From Candidatus Hadarchaeales archaeon (lineage in GTDB: Archaea; Hadarchaeota; Hadarchaeia; Hadarchaeales; WYZ-LMO6): a stretch of DNA of 64,000 nt. Position 1 is the stretch's first letter. Each line of letters opens with the position of its first letter. The stretch spans positions 1,161 through 65,160 of the forward strand of contig JAWCKR010000008.1 of the NCBI GenBank assembly GCA_038851755.1, in the 5' to 3' direction. Below, piece by piece: positions 33,404 to 43,876 of this stretch. The notes under the pieces were generated by a model. That model was not told the DNA's origin, ran no database searches, and saw only the letters and a program-made list of their open reading frames with translations. Made by a program: the position numbers and the translations under genes.

Positions 33404-34699
33404 ATGTTCGGGGGCTTCAGGGTGGACGGTGAGGGACACCTGAGGGCCGGTGGGCTGAGGGTCTCGGAGCTGGCCGAAAGGTTCGGGACCCCCCTCTTCG
33501 TGATGGACGAGGACAGGATAAGGGAGAACTACAGACGCTTCAGGGAGGCCTTTGCGAAGAGGTGGGGGAAGGTGGTGGTGGCCTACGCGTACAAGGCCAA
33601 CTCCACCCTGGCCGTGTGCAGGGTGCTGCACCAGGAGGGCGCTGGGGCCGAGGTGGTCTCCGAGGGGGAGCTGAGGGCTGCCCTCAAGACGGGCGTGCCC
33701 CCCGAACGGATCTTCTTCAACGGGAACGCCAAGAGCGAGGCCGAGATAGAGCTGGCCGTGGAGAGGGGAGTGAAGATCAACCTGGACAGCCTGGAAGAGA
33801 TAGAGGTGGTGGGGGAGGTCTCGCGCAGGCTCGGGAAGAGGGCGGAGGTGGGGCTGAGGGTGAATCCCGGGATAGAAGTACCTACCCACCCCTACATAGC
33901 AACGGGGGTGAGGGACAGCAAGTTCGGCCTGGAGCTGGAGACGGGGGAGGCCCTGGAGGGCTTCAAGAGGGCGGTGGAGGAGGGTCTGAGAGTGGAGGGA
34001 GTCCACTTCCACCTGGGTTCCCAGCTCCTGGACCTGCAGCCCTTCGAGGAGGGGGCGAGGAGGGTGATGGAGTTCGTGAGCCTCCTGAAGAAGGAACTGG
34101 GGCTGGAGCTCGAGTTCCTGGATCTGGGAGGGGGACTGGGGGTACCGGAACGGCCGGGTGAGAGGGGTCCCTCTCCGGAGGACCTGGCCTCCAGGGTGGC
34201 TTCCGTGCTGGGGGAGTATGTGGGGAGGGGGCTGAAGCCCTTCACGCTGGTGCTGGAGCCCGGGAGGTACCTGGTGAGCGATGCGGGACTCCTCCTGCTC
34301 CGGGTGGAGTACGTGAAGCCCAGAAAGGGAAGGACCACCTGGATCTGCGTGGACGGGGGGACCAACCTCCTCCTGCGCCCCGCCCTCATGGGCACCTACT
34401 ACCACATGGAGCTGGCGGACAGGATGGGGGAAGAGGGCAGGGAGGTGGTCAACGTGGGCGGTCCGCTCTGCCAGGCGGGCGACGTGATAGGGAGGGAGAG
34501 AAAGCTGCCCCCCGTGAGGAGGGGGGACCTGCTGGTGGTTTTCAACGCCGGGGCCTACACCCTCACCATGGCCAACCAGTACAACTCCAGACCAAGAGCG
34601 GCGGTGGTGATGGTGAAGGGAGAAAAGGCGGAAGTGATAAGGAAGAGGGAAACCTGCGAGGATATATGGAGGTACGACACCCTTCCGAGCTGGTTGTGA
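33404..34699 (+). CDS. lysA: diaminopimelate decarboxylase
   Basis: Fold-III PLP decarboxylase pattern (YAYKANS, HFHLGSQ, GGGLGV). Directly followed by aspartate kinase and dapA. Confidence 0.85.
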   Translation: MFGGFRVDGEGHLRAGGLRVSELAERFGTPLFVMDEDRIRENYRRFREAFAKRWGKVVVAYAYKANSTLAVCRVLHQEGAGAEVVSEGELRAALKTGVPPERIFFNGNAKSEAEIELAVERGVKINLDSLEEIEVVGEVSRRLGKRAEVGLRVNPGIEVPTHPYIATGVRDSKFGLELETGEALEGFKRAVEEGLRVEGVHFHLGSQLLDLQPFEEGARRVMEFVSLLKKELGLELEFLDLGGGLGVPERPGERGPSPEDLASRVASVLGEYVGRGLKPFTLVLEPGRYLVSDAGLLLLRVEYVKPRKGRTTWICVDGGTNLLLRPALMGTYYHMELADRMGEEGREVVNVGGPLCQAGDVIGRERKLPPVRRGDLLVVFNAGAYTLTMANQYNSRPRAAVVMVKGEKAEVIRKRETCEDIWRYDTLPSWL

Positions 34700-35922
34700 T
34701 GAGGAGAATAGTGGTGAAGTTCGGCGGGACCTCCGTGGGCAACGGGGAAAGGATCAGGCTGGCGGCCAGGTCCGTGGAGAGGGAGTGGAAGAAGGGCACG
34801 CAGGTGGCGGTGACCGTCTCGGCCATGGGGCACACTACCGACGAGCTCCTGGAGGCGGCAAGGGAGGCCTCGGGCGGCAACCTCACCGCCAGGGACCTGG
34901 ATGACATCCTGGCCATGGGGGAGAGGACCAGCGCCAGGATCTTCGCCGCCGCCCTGCGCAGCCTGGGGGTGAAGGCCAGGGCCATAGACCCGGGCATGAA
35001 GGAGTGGCCCATCATCACGGACTCCACCTTCTCCAGGGCCAGGCTGGACGAGAGGAGGACGAAGGAGAGGGTGAGGAAGTACCTGGAACCCATGCTCAGG
35101 AAGGGGGTGGTCCCCGTGGTCTGCGGCTTCCTGGGGAGGAACCTCAGGGGGGAGGTCACCACCCTGGGGAGGGGAGGGAGCGACACGACCGCCTTCATCC
35201 TGGGCAAGTACCTGGGCGCCTCCGAGGTGATCATCGTCACCGACGTGGAAGGGGTGATGACGGCGGACGTCAACGAGTTCAGGGACGCCAGGCTGCTGGA
35301 GTCCCTCACGGCGCTGGAGCTGAGGGAACTGGGGAGGTTCGGGGCCAGGGTAATGCATCCGGCCGCCATGAACTACAAGCTTCCGGAGATGGACGCCAAG
35401 GTCATCCACTTCAGGCATGGGGATTTATCTGCTCCTGGCACCACCATAAAGGGAGGTATCTCGGAGAGCGGGAAGATGGAGGTAACCCTGCACGAGAAGC
35501 CCATAGGGATGCTCACGGTGGTGGGGGAGGGAATGCAGCAGACACCGGGTATCCTCCTCCAGGCCATCTCCCCCCTCAGCAGGGAGGGTCTGAACATCCT
35601 GGGGGTCTCCATAGGTCCCAGGTCCTTCTCCCTTTACGTCTGGCAGAAGGATCTGAGGAAGGCCGTGGAGCTGGTGCACCAGCAGGTGAAGAAAAGCAAG
35701 GTGATGAAGTCCGTGACCAGCGAGGAGAACCTGGCGATGGTGGTGGTGGAGAGCGAGAAGTTCATAGACACGCCCGGGATGATCGCCAAGCTCACGGCCC
35801 CCCTGGCCAAGGAGGGAATAAACATCGTGGAGATCCTCTCCAGCAGGGCCTCCATAAGCTTCTTCTTCCGATGGGAGGATAGGGAGAGGGCGGTGAAGAT
35901 CCTCCGGAAGGGGGGCAGCTGA
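34699..35922 (+). CDS. lysC: aspartate kinase
   Basis: MRRIVVKFGGTSVG start (TGATG overlap with lysA), SAMGHTTDEL, and C-terminal ACT domains. Confidence 0.88.
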   Translation: MRRIVVKFGGTSVGNGERIRLAARSVEREWKKGTQVAVTVSAMGHTTDELLEAAREASGGNLTARDLDDILAMGERTSARIFAAALRSLGVKARAIDPGMKEWPIITDSTFSRARLDERRTKERVRKYLEPMLRKGVVPVVCGFLGRNLRGEVTTLGRGGSDTTAFILGKYLGASEVIIVTDVEGVMTADVNEFRDARLLESLTALELRELGRFGARVMHPAAMNYKLPEMDAKVIHFRHGDLSAPGTTIKGGISESGKMEVTLHEKPIGMLTVVGEGMQQTPGILLQAISPLSREGLNILGVSIGPRSFSLYVWQKDLRKAVELVHQQVKKSKVMKSVTSEENLAMVVVESEKFIDTPGMIAKLTAPLAKEGINIVEILSSRASISFFFRWEDRERAVKILRKGGS

Positions 35923-36806
35923 TGTTCGAGGGCGTGCTCACGGCGATGGTCACACCCTTCCTGGAAAACGGCGACCTGAACGAGGAAGGACTGAAGAAGA
36001 ACGTGGAGTTCCAGATCAAGAGCGGGGTGGACGGGCTTGTGCCCGTGGGAACCACGGGGGAGTGCTCCACCCTCAGCTACGAAGAGCACCTCAGGGTGGT
36101 GGAGGTGGTGGTGGAGGCCGCAGGGGGGAGGGTGCCGGTGGTGGCGGGGACGGGGAGCAACAGCACGAGGGAGGCCCTGATGCTCACGCGGGAGGCCAAG
36201 GAGAGAGGGGCGGACGGAGCCCTGGTGGTGGTACCGTACTACAACAGACCCACGCAGGAGGGGCTCTACCAGCACTTCAAGCGGCTGGCGGACGAGGTGG
36301 ACCTTCCCCAGATCCTTTACAACATCCCCTCCAGGACGGGGGTCAACCTGGCCCCCGAGACCGTGGCCAAGCTGGCCAAGCTGAAGAACGTGGTGGGGGT
36401 GAAGGAAGCCAGCGGGAACTTCGACCAGATCTCCAAGATCCTGGAGCTGACCAGGGGGGAGGACTTCGTGGTGACCTCGGGGAACGATTCACACACCCTG
36501 CCCATGATGGCGCTGGGGGCGGTGGGGGTGATCTCCGTGGCCTCCAACGTGGTCCCCTCCCAGATGGTGAGGATGGTGAGGGCCTTCAGGGAGGGAAGGG
36601 TCGAGGAGGCCAGGCGGCTCCACTACGAGCTCTCACCCCTCTTCGAGGCCCTCTTCCTCGAGACCAACCCCTCACCCGTAAAGGAGGCCATGGAGATGGT
36701 GGGCCTCCCGGCCGGTTCCCCGCGCCTGCCCTTGGTGAGGGTGGGAGAGGGAACCAGGAAAAGGCTGAGGGAGGTCCTCTCCGGACTCGGGTTCCTCAAA
36801 TCCTGA
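35922..36806 (+). CDS. dapA: 4-hydroxy-tetrahydrodipicolinate synthase
   Basis: TAMVTPF...GVDGLVPVGTTGE...YNIPSRTG; 294 aa. Confidence 0.92.
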   Translation: MFEGVLTAMVTPFLENGDLNEEGLKKNVEFQIKSGVDGLVPVGTTGECSTLSYEEHLRVVEVVVEAAGGRVPVVAGTGSNSTREALMLTREAKERGADGALVVVPYYNRPTQEGLYQHFKRLADEVDLPQILYNIPSRTGVNLAPETVAKLAKLKNVVGVKEASGNFDQISKILELTRGEDFVVTSGNDSHTLPMMALGAVGVISVASNVVPSQMVRMVRAFREGRVEEARRLHYELSPLFEALFLETNPSPVKEAMEMVGLPAGSPRLPLVRVGEGTRKRLREVLSGLGFLKS

Positions 36807-36822
36807 GGCCGCATAGGGGCGC

Positions 36823-36833
36823 ATATATTTTTA
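36823..36833 (+). promoter_or_regulatory. TATA-like box upstream of atpA
   Basis: ATATATTTTTA about 30 nt upstream of the TTG start at 36862. This implies a separate atpAB transcript with a very short leader. Confidence 0.45.
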
Positions 36834-36861
36834 CACCTTCCGCCTATCTTCTTAGGTCAGC

Positions 36862-38619
36862 TTGGGCAGGATCGTGAGAATCACGGGCCCCGTGGTCCTG
36901 GCGGACGGGATGAAGGGCTCGGAGATGTACGAGCTGGTGAGGGTGGGGGAAGAGGGCCTGATGGGGGAGATCATAGGGTTGCAGGGAGAGAGGGCCACCA
37001 TCCAGGTCTACGAGGAGACCTCGGGAGTAAGACCTGGGGAAAAGGTGGAGAGGACGGGAAAACCCCTCTCCGCCGAACTGGGCCCGGGACTGGTGGGGAC
37101 CATTTACGACGGGGTGCAGCGGCCCCTCACGGAGATAAGCAAGAGGGCGGGAGAGATGGTGAAAAGGGGGATCTACGTCCCAGCCCTCAGCAGGGAAAAA
37201 AGGTGGGAGTTCGAACCGAGCGTGAGGAAAGGGGCTGAGGTGGTGGAAGGGGACGTGGTGGGGACGGTGAAGGAGACGGAACTGGTGGAGCACCGCATCC
37301 TGGTCCCCCCTGGAGTGAGAGGGAAGGTGGTGGAGGTGAGCGAGGGGAAGCACACCGTGGAAGAAACGGTGGTGAGGCTGGAGGGGCCAAGGGGGGAGGA
37401 GGAGATAAGGCTCATGCAGACCTGGCCCGTGCGGAGGCCCAGGCCTTACAGGGAGAAACTGGATCCCAGGGAGCCCCTCCTCATAGGACAGCGCATAGCA
37501 GACACCTTCTTCCCCATAGCGAAGGGCGGGACGGGGGCCATTCCTGGGGCCTTCGGGACCGGGAAGACCGTCTTCCTCCACCAGGTGGCCAAATGGGCGG
37601 ACGCGGACATCGTGGTGTACGTGGGATGCGGGGAGAGGGGGAACGAGATGTGTGATGTCCTCGTGCACTTCCCGGAGCTCAAGGACCCGCGCACCGGCAG
37701 GCCCCTGATGGAGCGGACCGTGCTCATAGCCAACACCTCCAACATGCCCGTGGCCGCCAGGGAGGCCAGCGTCTACACCGGTATCACCCTGGGTGAGTAC
37801 TTCAGGGACATGGGATACGACGTGGCCCTGATGGCCGACTCCACCTCACGCTGGGCGGAGGCCATGAGGGAGATCTCCGGGAGACTGGAGGAGATGCCTG
37901 GGGAGGAGGGCTTCCCCGCCTATCTGGCCTCCAGGCTGGCCGAATTCTACGAGAGGGCAGGATGGGTGAAGACGCTGGGGAGCGACGAGAGGTACGGGTC
38001 TCTCACCGTGCTGGGCGCGGTCTCCCCCCCTGGAGGGGACCTCTCCGAGCCCGTGTCCACCAACACCCTGAGGATCGTGAAGGTCTTCTGGGCCCTCGAC
38101 ACCGCCCTCGCCTACCGCCGCCATTTCCCCGCCATCAACTGGCTCACCAGCTACTCCCTGTACGTGGACGGAGTGGAGGAGTGGTGGAAGAAGAGGTCCG
38201 GGGAGGACTGGAAGGGCCTCAGGGCGGAAGCCATGGCCCTGCTCCAGAGGGAAGCGGAGCTGGAGGAAATCGTGAAGCTGATAGGGGCGGATGCCCTCCC
38301 CGAGACGGAGAGGGCGGTGCTGGAGTCGGCCAGGATGGTCAGGGAGAACCTCCTGCAGCAGTTCGCCTTCGACGAGGTGGACAGCCACTGCCCGCCTGAG
38401 AAGCAGCTGGGTATGCTGAAGCTCCTCCTGCGCTTCTACAGGAGGTGCACGGAGGCGGCCAGGGAGGGGGTCTCGGTCACGGAGATGAGGAAGCTCCCGG
38501 TGAGGGAGGAACTGGCCAGGATGAAAAAGCTCCCGCTGGGGGAGTTCAAGAAGGTCGAGAAAGAGCTGGAGAAAAGAATAGACGAGCAGTTCGAGGGACT
38601 GAGGAGGGGTAAACGTTGA
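36862..38619 (+). CDS. atpA: A1Ao (A/V-type) ATP synthase catalytic subunit A
   Basis: 585 aa with a TTG start. [17 protein letters not shown]-loop GAFGTGKT. No intein. Confidence 0.95.
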   Translation: MGRIVRITGPVVLADGMKGSEMYELVRVGEEGLMGEIIGLQGERATIQVYEETSGVRPGEKVERTGKPLSAELGPGLVGTIYDGVQRPLTEISKRAGEMVKRGIYVPALSREKRWEFEPSVRKGAEVVEGDVVGTVKETELVEHRILVPPGVRGKVVEVSEGKHTVEETVVRLEGPRGEEEIRLMQTWPVRRPRPYREKLDPREPLLIGQRIADTFFPIAKGGTGAIPGAFGTGKTVFLHQVAKWADADIVVYVGCGERGNEMCDVLVHFPELKDPRTGRPLMERTVLIANTSNMPVAAREASVYTGITLGEYFRDMGYDVALMADSTSRWAEAMREISGRLEEMPGEEGFPAYLASRLAEFYERAGWVKTLGSDERYGSLTVLGAVSPPGGDLSEPVSTNTLRIVKVFWALDTALAYRRHFPAINWLTSYSLYVDGVEEWWKKRSGEDWKGLRAEAMALLQREAELEEIVKLIGADALPETERAVLESARMVRENLLQQFAFDEVDSHCPPEKQLGMLKLLLRFYRRCTEAAREGVSVTEMRKLPVREELARMKKLPLGEFKKVEKELEKRIDEQFEGLRRGKR

Positions 38620-40010
38620 AGGGAGAGAGCAGGGGGCTGGAATACCTTTCGGTGAGGGAGGTCTCGGGGCCCCTGCTGGTGGTGGAGGGGGTGAGGGGGG
38701 TGGCCTACGGGGAGGTGGTGGAGATCGTCACCCCGAGCGGGGAGAGGAGGAGGGGACAGGTGCTGGACGCCAGGGAGGATCTGGCGGTGGTGCAGGTTTA
38801 CGAAGGAACGGGGGGGATAGACACCTCCAAGACCAGGGTGAGGTTCACCGGGGAGACCATCAAGTTCGGAGTGGGGATGGACCTGGTGGGCAGGATCTTC
38901 AACGGGAGGGGAGAACCGATAGACGGGGGACCGAAACCCATCCCGGAGGACGAGTGGGGCGTGTACGGAGCTCCCCTCAACCCCTCCTCGAGGGAGTACC
39001 CCTCCGAGTTCATCCAGACGGGGATCTCCGCCATAGACGGGATGAACACGCTGGTCAGGGGGCAGAAGCTCCCCATCTTCTCGGGCTCCGGCCTTCCCCA
39101 CAACGAGCTGGCCGCCCAGGTGGCCAGGCAGGCGAAGGTGCTGGGGGAGGAGGAGAAGTTCGCGGTCGTGTTCTGCGGGATGGGCATCACCCACGAGGAC
39201 GCCTCCTTTTTCATCAAGGACTTCGAGCGAACGGGGGCTCTGGAGAGGGCGGTGGTCTTCCTCAACCTGGCCAGCGACCCGGCCATCGAGCGCATCCTCA
39301 CCCCCAGGCTGGGCCTGACGACGGCGGAGTATCTGGCCTTCGTGCAGGGCATGCACGTGCTGGTGATCCTCCTGGACATGACCAACTACGCCGAGGCCCT
39401 CCGTGAGCTCTCGGCAGCGAGGAGCGAGGTCCCGGGGAGAAGGGGCTACCCAGGGTACATGTACACGGACCTGGCCACCATCTACGAGAGGGCGGGAAGG
39501 GTGAAGGGGAAGACCGGGTCCGTGACCCAGATGCCCATCCTCACCATGCCGGGGGACGACATCACCCACCCCGTCCCCGACCTCTCGGGCTACATCACGG
39601 AGGGGCAGCTGGTGATGGAGAGGGAGCTGCACAGGAAGGGAATCTATCCCCCCATCAATGTCCTCCCCTCCCTCTCCAGGCTCATGAAGGACGGAATAGG
39701 GAAGGGCAAGACCAGGGAGGACCACTCCGACGTCTCCAACCAGCTCTACGCCGCCTACGCCGAGGGCAGGGACCTGAGGGCGCTGGTGGCGGTGGTGGGG
39801 GAGGAGGCGCTGACGGAGAGGGATAAGAAGTACCTGGAGTTCGCGGACGCCTTCGAGCGCAGGTTCGTGAACCAGGGGAGGGACGAGGACCGGTCGATAG
39901 ACAGGACCCTGGACCTGGGCTGGGAGCTGCTGGGCATGCTCCCCGAGGACGAGCTCACCAGGGTGGACCCCAAGTTCATCTCCAAGTACCTGCACAGTAA
40001 GACCGGGTGA
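38616..40010 (+). CDS. atpB: A1Ao ATP synthase subunit B
   Basis: 464 aa. 4-nt overlap with atpA. Typical B-subunit sequence ([10 protein letters not shown]..., [12 protein letters not shown]). Confidence 0.95.
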   Translation: MKGESRGLEYLSVREVSGPLLVVEGVRGVAYGEVVEIVTPSGERRRGQVLDAREDLAVVQVYEGTGGIDTSKTRVRFTGETIKFGVGMDLVGRIFNGRGEPIDGGPKPIPEDEWGVYGAPLNPSSREYPSEFIQTGISAIDGMNTLVRGQKLPIFSGSGLPHNELAAQVARQAKVLGEEEKFAVVFCGMGITHEDASFFIKDFERTGALERAVVFLNLASDPAIERILTPRLGLTTAEYLAFVQGMHVLVILLDMTNYAEALRELSAARSEVPGRRGYPGYMYTDLATIYERAGRVKGKTGSVTQMPILTMPGDDITHPVPDLSGYITEGQLVMERELHRKGIYPPINVLPSLSRLMKDGIGKGKTREDHSDVSNQLYAAYAEGRDLRALVAVVGEEALTERDKKYLEFADAFERRFVNQGRDEDRSIDRTLDLGWELLGMLPEDELTRVDPKFISKYLHSKTG

Positions 40011-40026
40011 GCCTCGGTTTCCCGGC

Positions 40027-40326
40027 TCATCCCTGCAGGAGAGGGAAGAGGGAGAGGAGGGAGAGGAGCCCCAGCGTGAGGAGGAAGAGAAGGAAGAGCC
40101 TCTGGAACCCGAAGACCCTCAGGACCCTGCGTGTGACCAGGTAGACGGAGAGGAAGGAAGCAAAGTAGAACCAGAGCACACAGGGGATCAGGACCTCCCT
40201 CTCCACCCCCACCATGAGGAGGAGGAAGGCCAGAAGACCGGCAGTCACCGTGACGAGGGAGAAAGGGTAGAAGAGGAGGAGCAGGGGAGCGGATCTCTCC
40301 CAGCCGCCTTTTCCTGCTCCTCTCAT
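40027..40326 (-). CDS. hypothetical small membrane protein (3 TM)
   Basis: 99 aa and very hydrophobic. Its start overlaps the stop of the UPF0216-like gene by 4 nt. It is the last gene of the atpH...D transcription unit. Confidence 0.5.
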   Translation of the reverse strand: MRGAGKGGWERSAPLLLLFYPFSLVTVTAGLLAFLLLMVGVEREVLIPCVLWFYFASFLSVYLVTRRVLRVFGFQRLFLLFLLTLGLLSLLSLFPLLQG

Positions 40327-40712
40327 GGCAGGAAAAGATAGTAGGTGGTGGTGGGGAGCCTCCTCCTCACCTCCAGGAGCTCCGGGCGGTGAATCACCAG
40401 CTCCCCCCCCTTCACCTCCTTCCCCAGGAGCCTCCCCACCGCCCTCGCCTCCGCCCTCCCCCCTATTCTCACCGCCCCCCTCCCCAGTCCCGGATCCAGG
40501 GCCAGGAGGATGGGGAGCCTCAGTTCCTTCCTCTCCTCGCCCTGGAGGATTCCGGCCAGCAGCTCCAGCTCTTCCCTCTTGAAGGACTGGAAACCGCCGT
40601 TGGTCAGGGGCACGCCGGGCCTCCTGGAGGAGAGGGCCTCCTCGAGCGGCACCCTCTCCTTGGGGAAGGGGGAGTTCAGCCTGGCCAGCTCAGCCTTCAG
40701 CACCTCCTCCAC
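40323..40712 (-). CDS. UPF0216/DUF61-like protein
   Basis: 129 aa. KREELELLAGIL...LRLPILLAL...HRPELLEVRRRLPTTTYYLF resembles, from memory, the archaeal UPF0216 family. GTG start overlapping the atpD 3' end. Confidence 0.5.
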   Translation of the reverse strand: MEEVLKAELARLNSPFPKERVPLEEALSSRRPGVPLTNGGFQSFKREELELLAGILQGEERKELRLPILLALDPGLGRGAVRIGGRAEARAVGRLLGKEVKGGELVIHRPELLEVRRRLPTTTYYLFLP

Positions 40713-41343
40713 CGGCCTCCCTCCTCTCCAGCGTGGCCTTGATCCTCTTCAGCCTGAAGAAGTGCTCCCTCTCCATTTCATCCAGCCTCATCCCTATGAA
40801 CTTGAGCGACGCCTCCAGCCTGGGGATGAGGATGTACTCCAGGGCGTTGACCCTCCTCCTGGTCCTCTCCAGCTCCCAGGCCAGGGCCCTGGCGGCTTCC
40901 TCCAGCTCCGCCAACTCGGCCAGCATCTTCAGGGCCCTCTCGAACTCCTCCGAGGCCCGGTCCAGGAGGGAGGGGGAGGGATGGAGGGAGTATCCCCTGT
41001 CCAGCGCGGTGCGCGCGGTCTCCCCCACCTCCACCACGGGCACGGGGACCCCCATGATGTACCGCAGCGAGGTCTCCACCGCCACGCCCTTCCTCGCCTC
41101 CCTAGCCGCCTGCTCCGTCTCCGCCGTGCCCCAGCTGGCCATGCAGAGGGAAAGGGAGGAGTGGGCCCTCTCCAGCTGCTCAAAGGCCCTCTCCCTCTTC
41201 TCATAGATCTTCCTCAGGACCTCGAAGAACTCCATCACCAGCGCGTCCATCTTCTCCCTCAGGAGGTCATGCCCCTTCCTGGCCAGGGCGATTCTCCTCC
41301 TGAGCCTGAGGAGCTCCATCCTGGTGGGTGAGAGGGACATCAT
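40690..41343 (-). CDS. atpD: A1Ao ATP synthase subunit D
   Basis: SPTRMELLRLRRRIALARKGHDLLREKMDAL, typical of subunit D. 217 aa. Confidence 0.92.
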   Translation of the reverse strand: MMSLSPTRMELLRLRRRIALARKGHDLLREKMDALVMEFFEVLRKIYEKRERAFEQLERAHSSLSLCMASWGTAETEQAAREARKGVAVETSLRYIMGVPVPVVEVGETARTALDRGYSLHPSPSLLDRASEEFERALKMLAELAELEEAARALAWELERTRRRVNALEYILIPRLEASLKFIGMRLDEMEREHFFRLKRIKATLERREAGGGGAEG

Positions 41344-41678
41344 CCCTCTTCCCTCCTCACCACCACCTCCGCCCCCACCGTCCTCTTCACCATTTCCTCC
41401 AGCTCATCCTTCTCGGGGCGGTAACCGGTCCTATCGGGGATCCTGAGGACCATCGGGAAGGGGCCCTTCTCCCTCATCACTTTCCTCCACTCCTCACCCA
41501 GCTCCTCCGCCACCCTGTGGGTCAGGAGGATGAGTCCCACCCCCTCCTCCCGAAGCAGGCCCCTGAGCAGGCGAAGCGTCTCCTCCTTAGAGGAGTGGAG
41601 GTACAGCCTGCTCACCCCTGCCAGGGCGAATCCAGTCACCGTTTCCTTCTCCCCCACCACGACCACTTCACGCCTCAA
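41340..41678 (-). CDS. atpF: A1Ao ATP synthase subunit F
   Basis: 112 aa; VVVVGEKETVTGFALAGV. Confidence 0.88.
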   Translation of the reverse strand: MRREVVVVGEKETVTGFALAGVSRLYLHSSKEETLRLLRGLLREEGVGLILLTHRVAEELGEEWRKVMREKGPFPMVLRIPDRTGYRPEKDELEEMVKRTVGAEVVVRREEG

Positions 41679-42783
41679 GTCCAGGCACCCTCACCAGCAG
41701 TTCTTTGATGCGCTCGGGTCCCTCCCCTTCCAGCTTGAGCCTGAGAAGGAGGTGAAGGTTCCTCACCTCCGCCTCCATCCTCCTCACGTAGGAGTACACG
41801 GGGGCGAGCGTGAAGGGCTTGGTCAGGGCGGCCCACCGGCAGAGCCTGAGGTGCTCCTCCTCCAGCGCCTTCTCCAGGGGAAAGAGGTCCCCCGCCTCAA
41901 GCTGTGGGAGGAGGGGCGAGAGAATTCTGCCGTAGGGGGTGTGGGAAAGGAGTTCCACGCAGGTCCTCAGGTCCCCGGCCGAGATGAGGGCCCTCAGGGT
42001 TTCCTCACCCAGCTGATAAGGGGGCTCGAGACGCACGAGGAGGGAGTCTATCCGCTCTGGCGCCGTTCCTTCCCTCTTCAGCCTGAGGATGAGCCTGAGG
42101 TTCATGGAGTCGACCTCGAAGCCCACCAGGGGAATCAGAACCGATCGCTGGGATTTCTTCCCGACCACCTCCTCCCACAGACGGGAATAGTAGTGCCTGT
42201 CGAGGGCGAAGAGGAGGGGGGGAAGCCCCTCCTTCCTGTAGTCCTCGAGGGCCGAGGAGAGGACCTCGAAGTATTCGCTTCCCCTGAGGAACTCCAAGAG
42301 CTGCTCCAGGTTTTCCGCGGAGGCGAGCATGTCCAGTCTCTCGGGGGGGAGGGTGGGGCAAGGCAGGAGGCGCTTCCTCCTCTCCTCTCTGGGCTCTCCC
42401 AGGTGGAGGGAGGTGAGGAGGACCTTCAGGTTCCAGATCTCCGCCCTCGCCAGGATCCTCCGCACCGTCTCCACCCTGTCCTCCGGGACCATCCGCAGGA
42501 GCTCGGCAAACTTCGCGGCCGAGGCCTCCCTCAGGGCCCGCTCCCACTCCGCGGGACCACCCTCCGGGAGGGAGTACCCGGCCTCCCCCAGCGAGGACCG
42601 GAGCTCCTCCACGCGCTGCACCTCGGCCAGCTCCAGCAGCCTGGACTCTGGGAGGAACCTGGCCTCCCATGTGCTCACCACCGCATTGCAGTAGAGGTAA
42701 CCGACGGTCCTCCTGGCATGCAGGACCACCATGAGGAAGAAGAATCCTATGAGAAGGAAGACGAGGACGGGGACGGCGAACAT
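41668..42783 (-). CDS. atpC: A1Ao ATP synthase subunit C (V-type d-like)
   Basis: 371 aa all-helical protein, in operon position between E and F. Confidence 0.85.
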   Translation of the reverse strand: MFAVPVLVFLLIGFFFLMVVLHARRTVGYLYCNAVVSTWEARFLPESRLLELAEVQRVEELRSSLGEAGYSLPEGGPAEWERALREASAAKFAELLRMVPEDRVETVRRILARAEIWNLKVLLTSLHLGEPREERRKRLLPCPTLPPERLDMLASAENLEQLLEFLRGSEYFEVLSSALEDYRKEGLPPLLFALDRHYYSRLWEEVVGKKSQRSVLIPLVGFEVDSMNLRLILRLKREGTAPERIDSLLVRLEPPYQLGEETLRALISAGDLRTCVELLSHTPYGRILSPLLPQLEAGDLFPLEKALEEEHLRLCRWAALTKPFTLAPVYSYVRRMEAEVRNLHLLLRLKLEGEGPERIKELLVRVPGLEA

Positions 42784-43394
42784 CAGGATCCTTCGAAGAG
42801 AATCTTAGCCACCCTCACCCGGAGGGCTTCTCTTCCCCTCCTCATCCTGCTCTCCAGGGTTTCGTCCAGCTCCGCCCTCCCGTCCCCTGACCTCACCCTC
42901 ACACCCCCCAGGGTCTCCAGGGGCCTGCCGAAGGAGAGCCTCACGCCTCCCAGCCTCTTCCTGAGCTCATCCTGCCTGCCCTTCAGCCTCTCCAGGTCCC
43001 TGCTGCTGGCCTCCACCACCACCTCCTCCGACCCCAGCCTCTGACAGGCCTCCACCGTGAGGTCCAGCAAATCCTTCTCGTACTCCTTGGAGGAGACGTA
43101 CTTCCTCAGCCTCTCCTCCGCCCTCCTGAAGACCTCCTCTATCAGCTCTTCCTTCTTCTTCAGCAGCTCCTTCTTCCCCTCCACCCTTCCCTTCGCCACC
43201 CTCTCCTCGTAGATCTGCCTGGCCCTCTCCCTCGCCTTCTCCACCTCCTCCTCCCCGGCCCTCTTCTCCTCCTTCTCGGCGGCCTCCACCAGGGAGGAGG
43301 CCTCCTTTCTGGCCCTCTCCAGGATCTCCTCGGCCTTCTTCCTGGCCTCGCCCAGGATATCCTGGGCTATCAGCCGGGCTCCCCTCTCCACCAC
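42783..43394 (-). CDS. atpE: A1Ao ATP synthase subunit E
   Basis: 203 aa with an E/K/R-rich N-terminal coiled coil and a globular C-terminus. Operon position supports the call. Confidence 0.85.
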   Translation of the reverse strand: MVERGARLIAQDILGEARKKAEEILERARKEASSLVEAAEKEEKRAGEEEVEKARERARQIYEERVAKGRVEGKKELLKKKEELIEEVFRRAEERLRKYVSSKEYEKDLLDLTVEACQRLGSEEVVVEASSRDLERLKGRQDELRKRLGGVRLSFGRPLETLGGVRVRSGDGRAELDETLESRMRRGREALRVRVAKILFEGS

Positions 43395-43403
43395 CCCACC
43401 CCC

Positions 43404-43874
43404 TCACAGGGCCCCTATGAAGGTAAGGAGAAGGATGGTGGCGAGGAGTCCCAGGATGGCGTAGATCTCCACCATCACCGTGTACATCATGCCCGCCGCG
43501 AAGACCTCCGGCCTCTTGGCGAAGGAGGTGGCACTGGCCGAGGCCACCATCCCCTGCGGATAAGAGGTGAAGCCCTGCAGGATGGCTGGTATCGCTGCAC
43601 ACAGCACGGCCAGGCCGACCACACCGGACTTCACCGCTGCACCCGCCGAGAGCCCCGTACCCAGGATGATGAGGAAGCCCGCCACGAACCCGTAGAAACC
43701 CTGCGTCCCGGGCATCACTTCGTACACGAAGACTCTGTACGCCTTCTTGGGGTCCTCCCCTGCTATGGCCGCGCAGGTGACGCCCGTCATGCCCACTCCC
43801 AGTCCCGCTATCACCCCTGGCACGGCTATGGCGAGGGAAGCCGCCAAGACCACCCACACGCCTTCCGCTACCAT
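43404..43874 (-). CDS. atpK: A1Ao ATP synthase proteolipid subunit K (c), duplicated 4-TM form
   Basis: 156 aa forming two hairpins. The second carries the conserved carboxylate context (MVEIYAILGLL). The first has PGT at the equivalent PET position. Confidence 0.88.
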   Translation of the reverse strand: MVAEGVWVVLAASLAIAVPGVIAGLGVGMTGVTCAAIAGEDPKKAYRVFVYEVMPGTQGFYGFVAGFLIILGTGLSAGAAVKSGVVGLAVLCAAIPAILQGFTSYPQGMVASASATSFAKRPEVFAAGMMYTVMVEIYAILGLLATILLLTFIGAL

Positions 43875-43876
43875 TC

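Noticed and set aside
38436-39995. 519-aa minus-strand ORF
   Set aside because: Antisense to atpB, which is unmistakable. The translation is low complexity with no motifs.
41530-43044. 504-aa plus-strand ORF, and the 415-aa ORF at 43908..45155
   Set aside because: These are antisense to or out of frame with atpC/atpE and atpI. Their Gly/Arg/Pro-rich composition marks them as GC-driven shadow ORFs.
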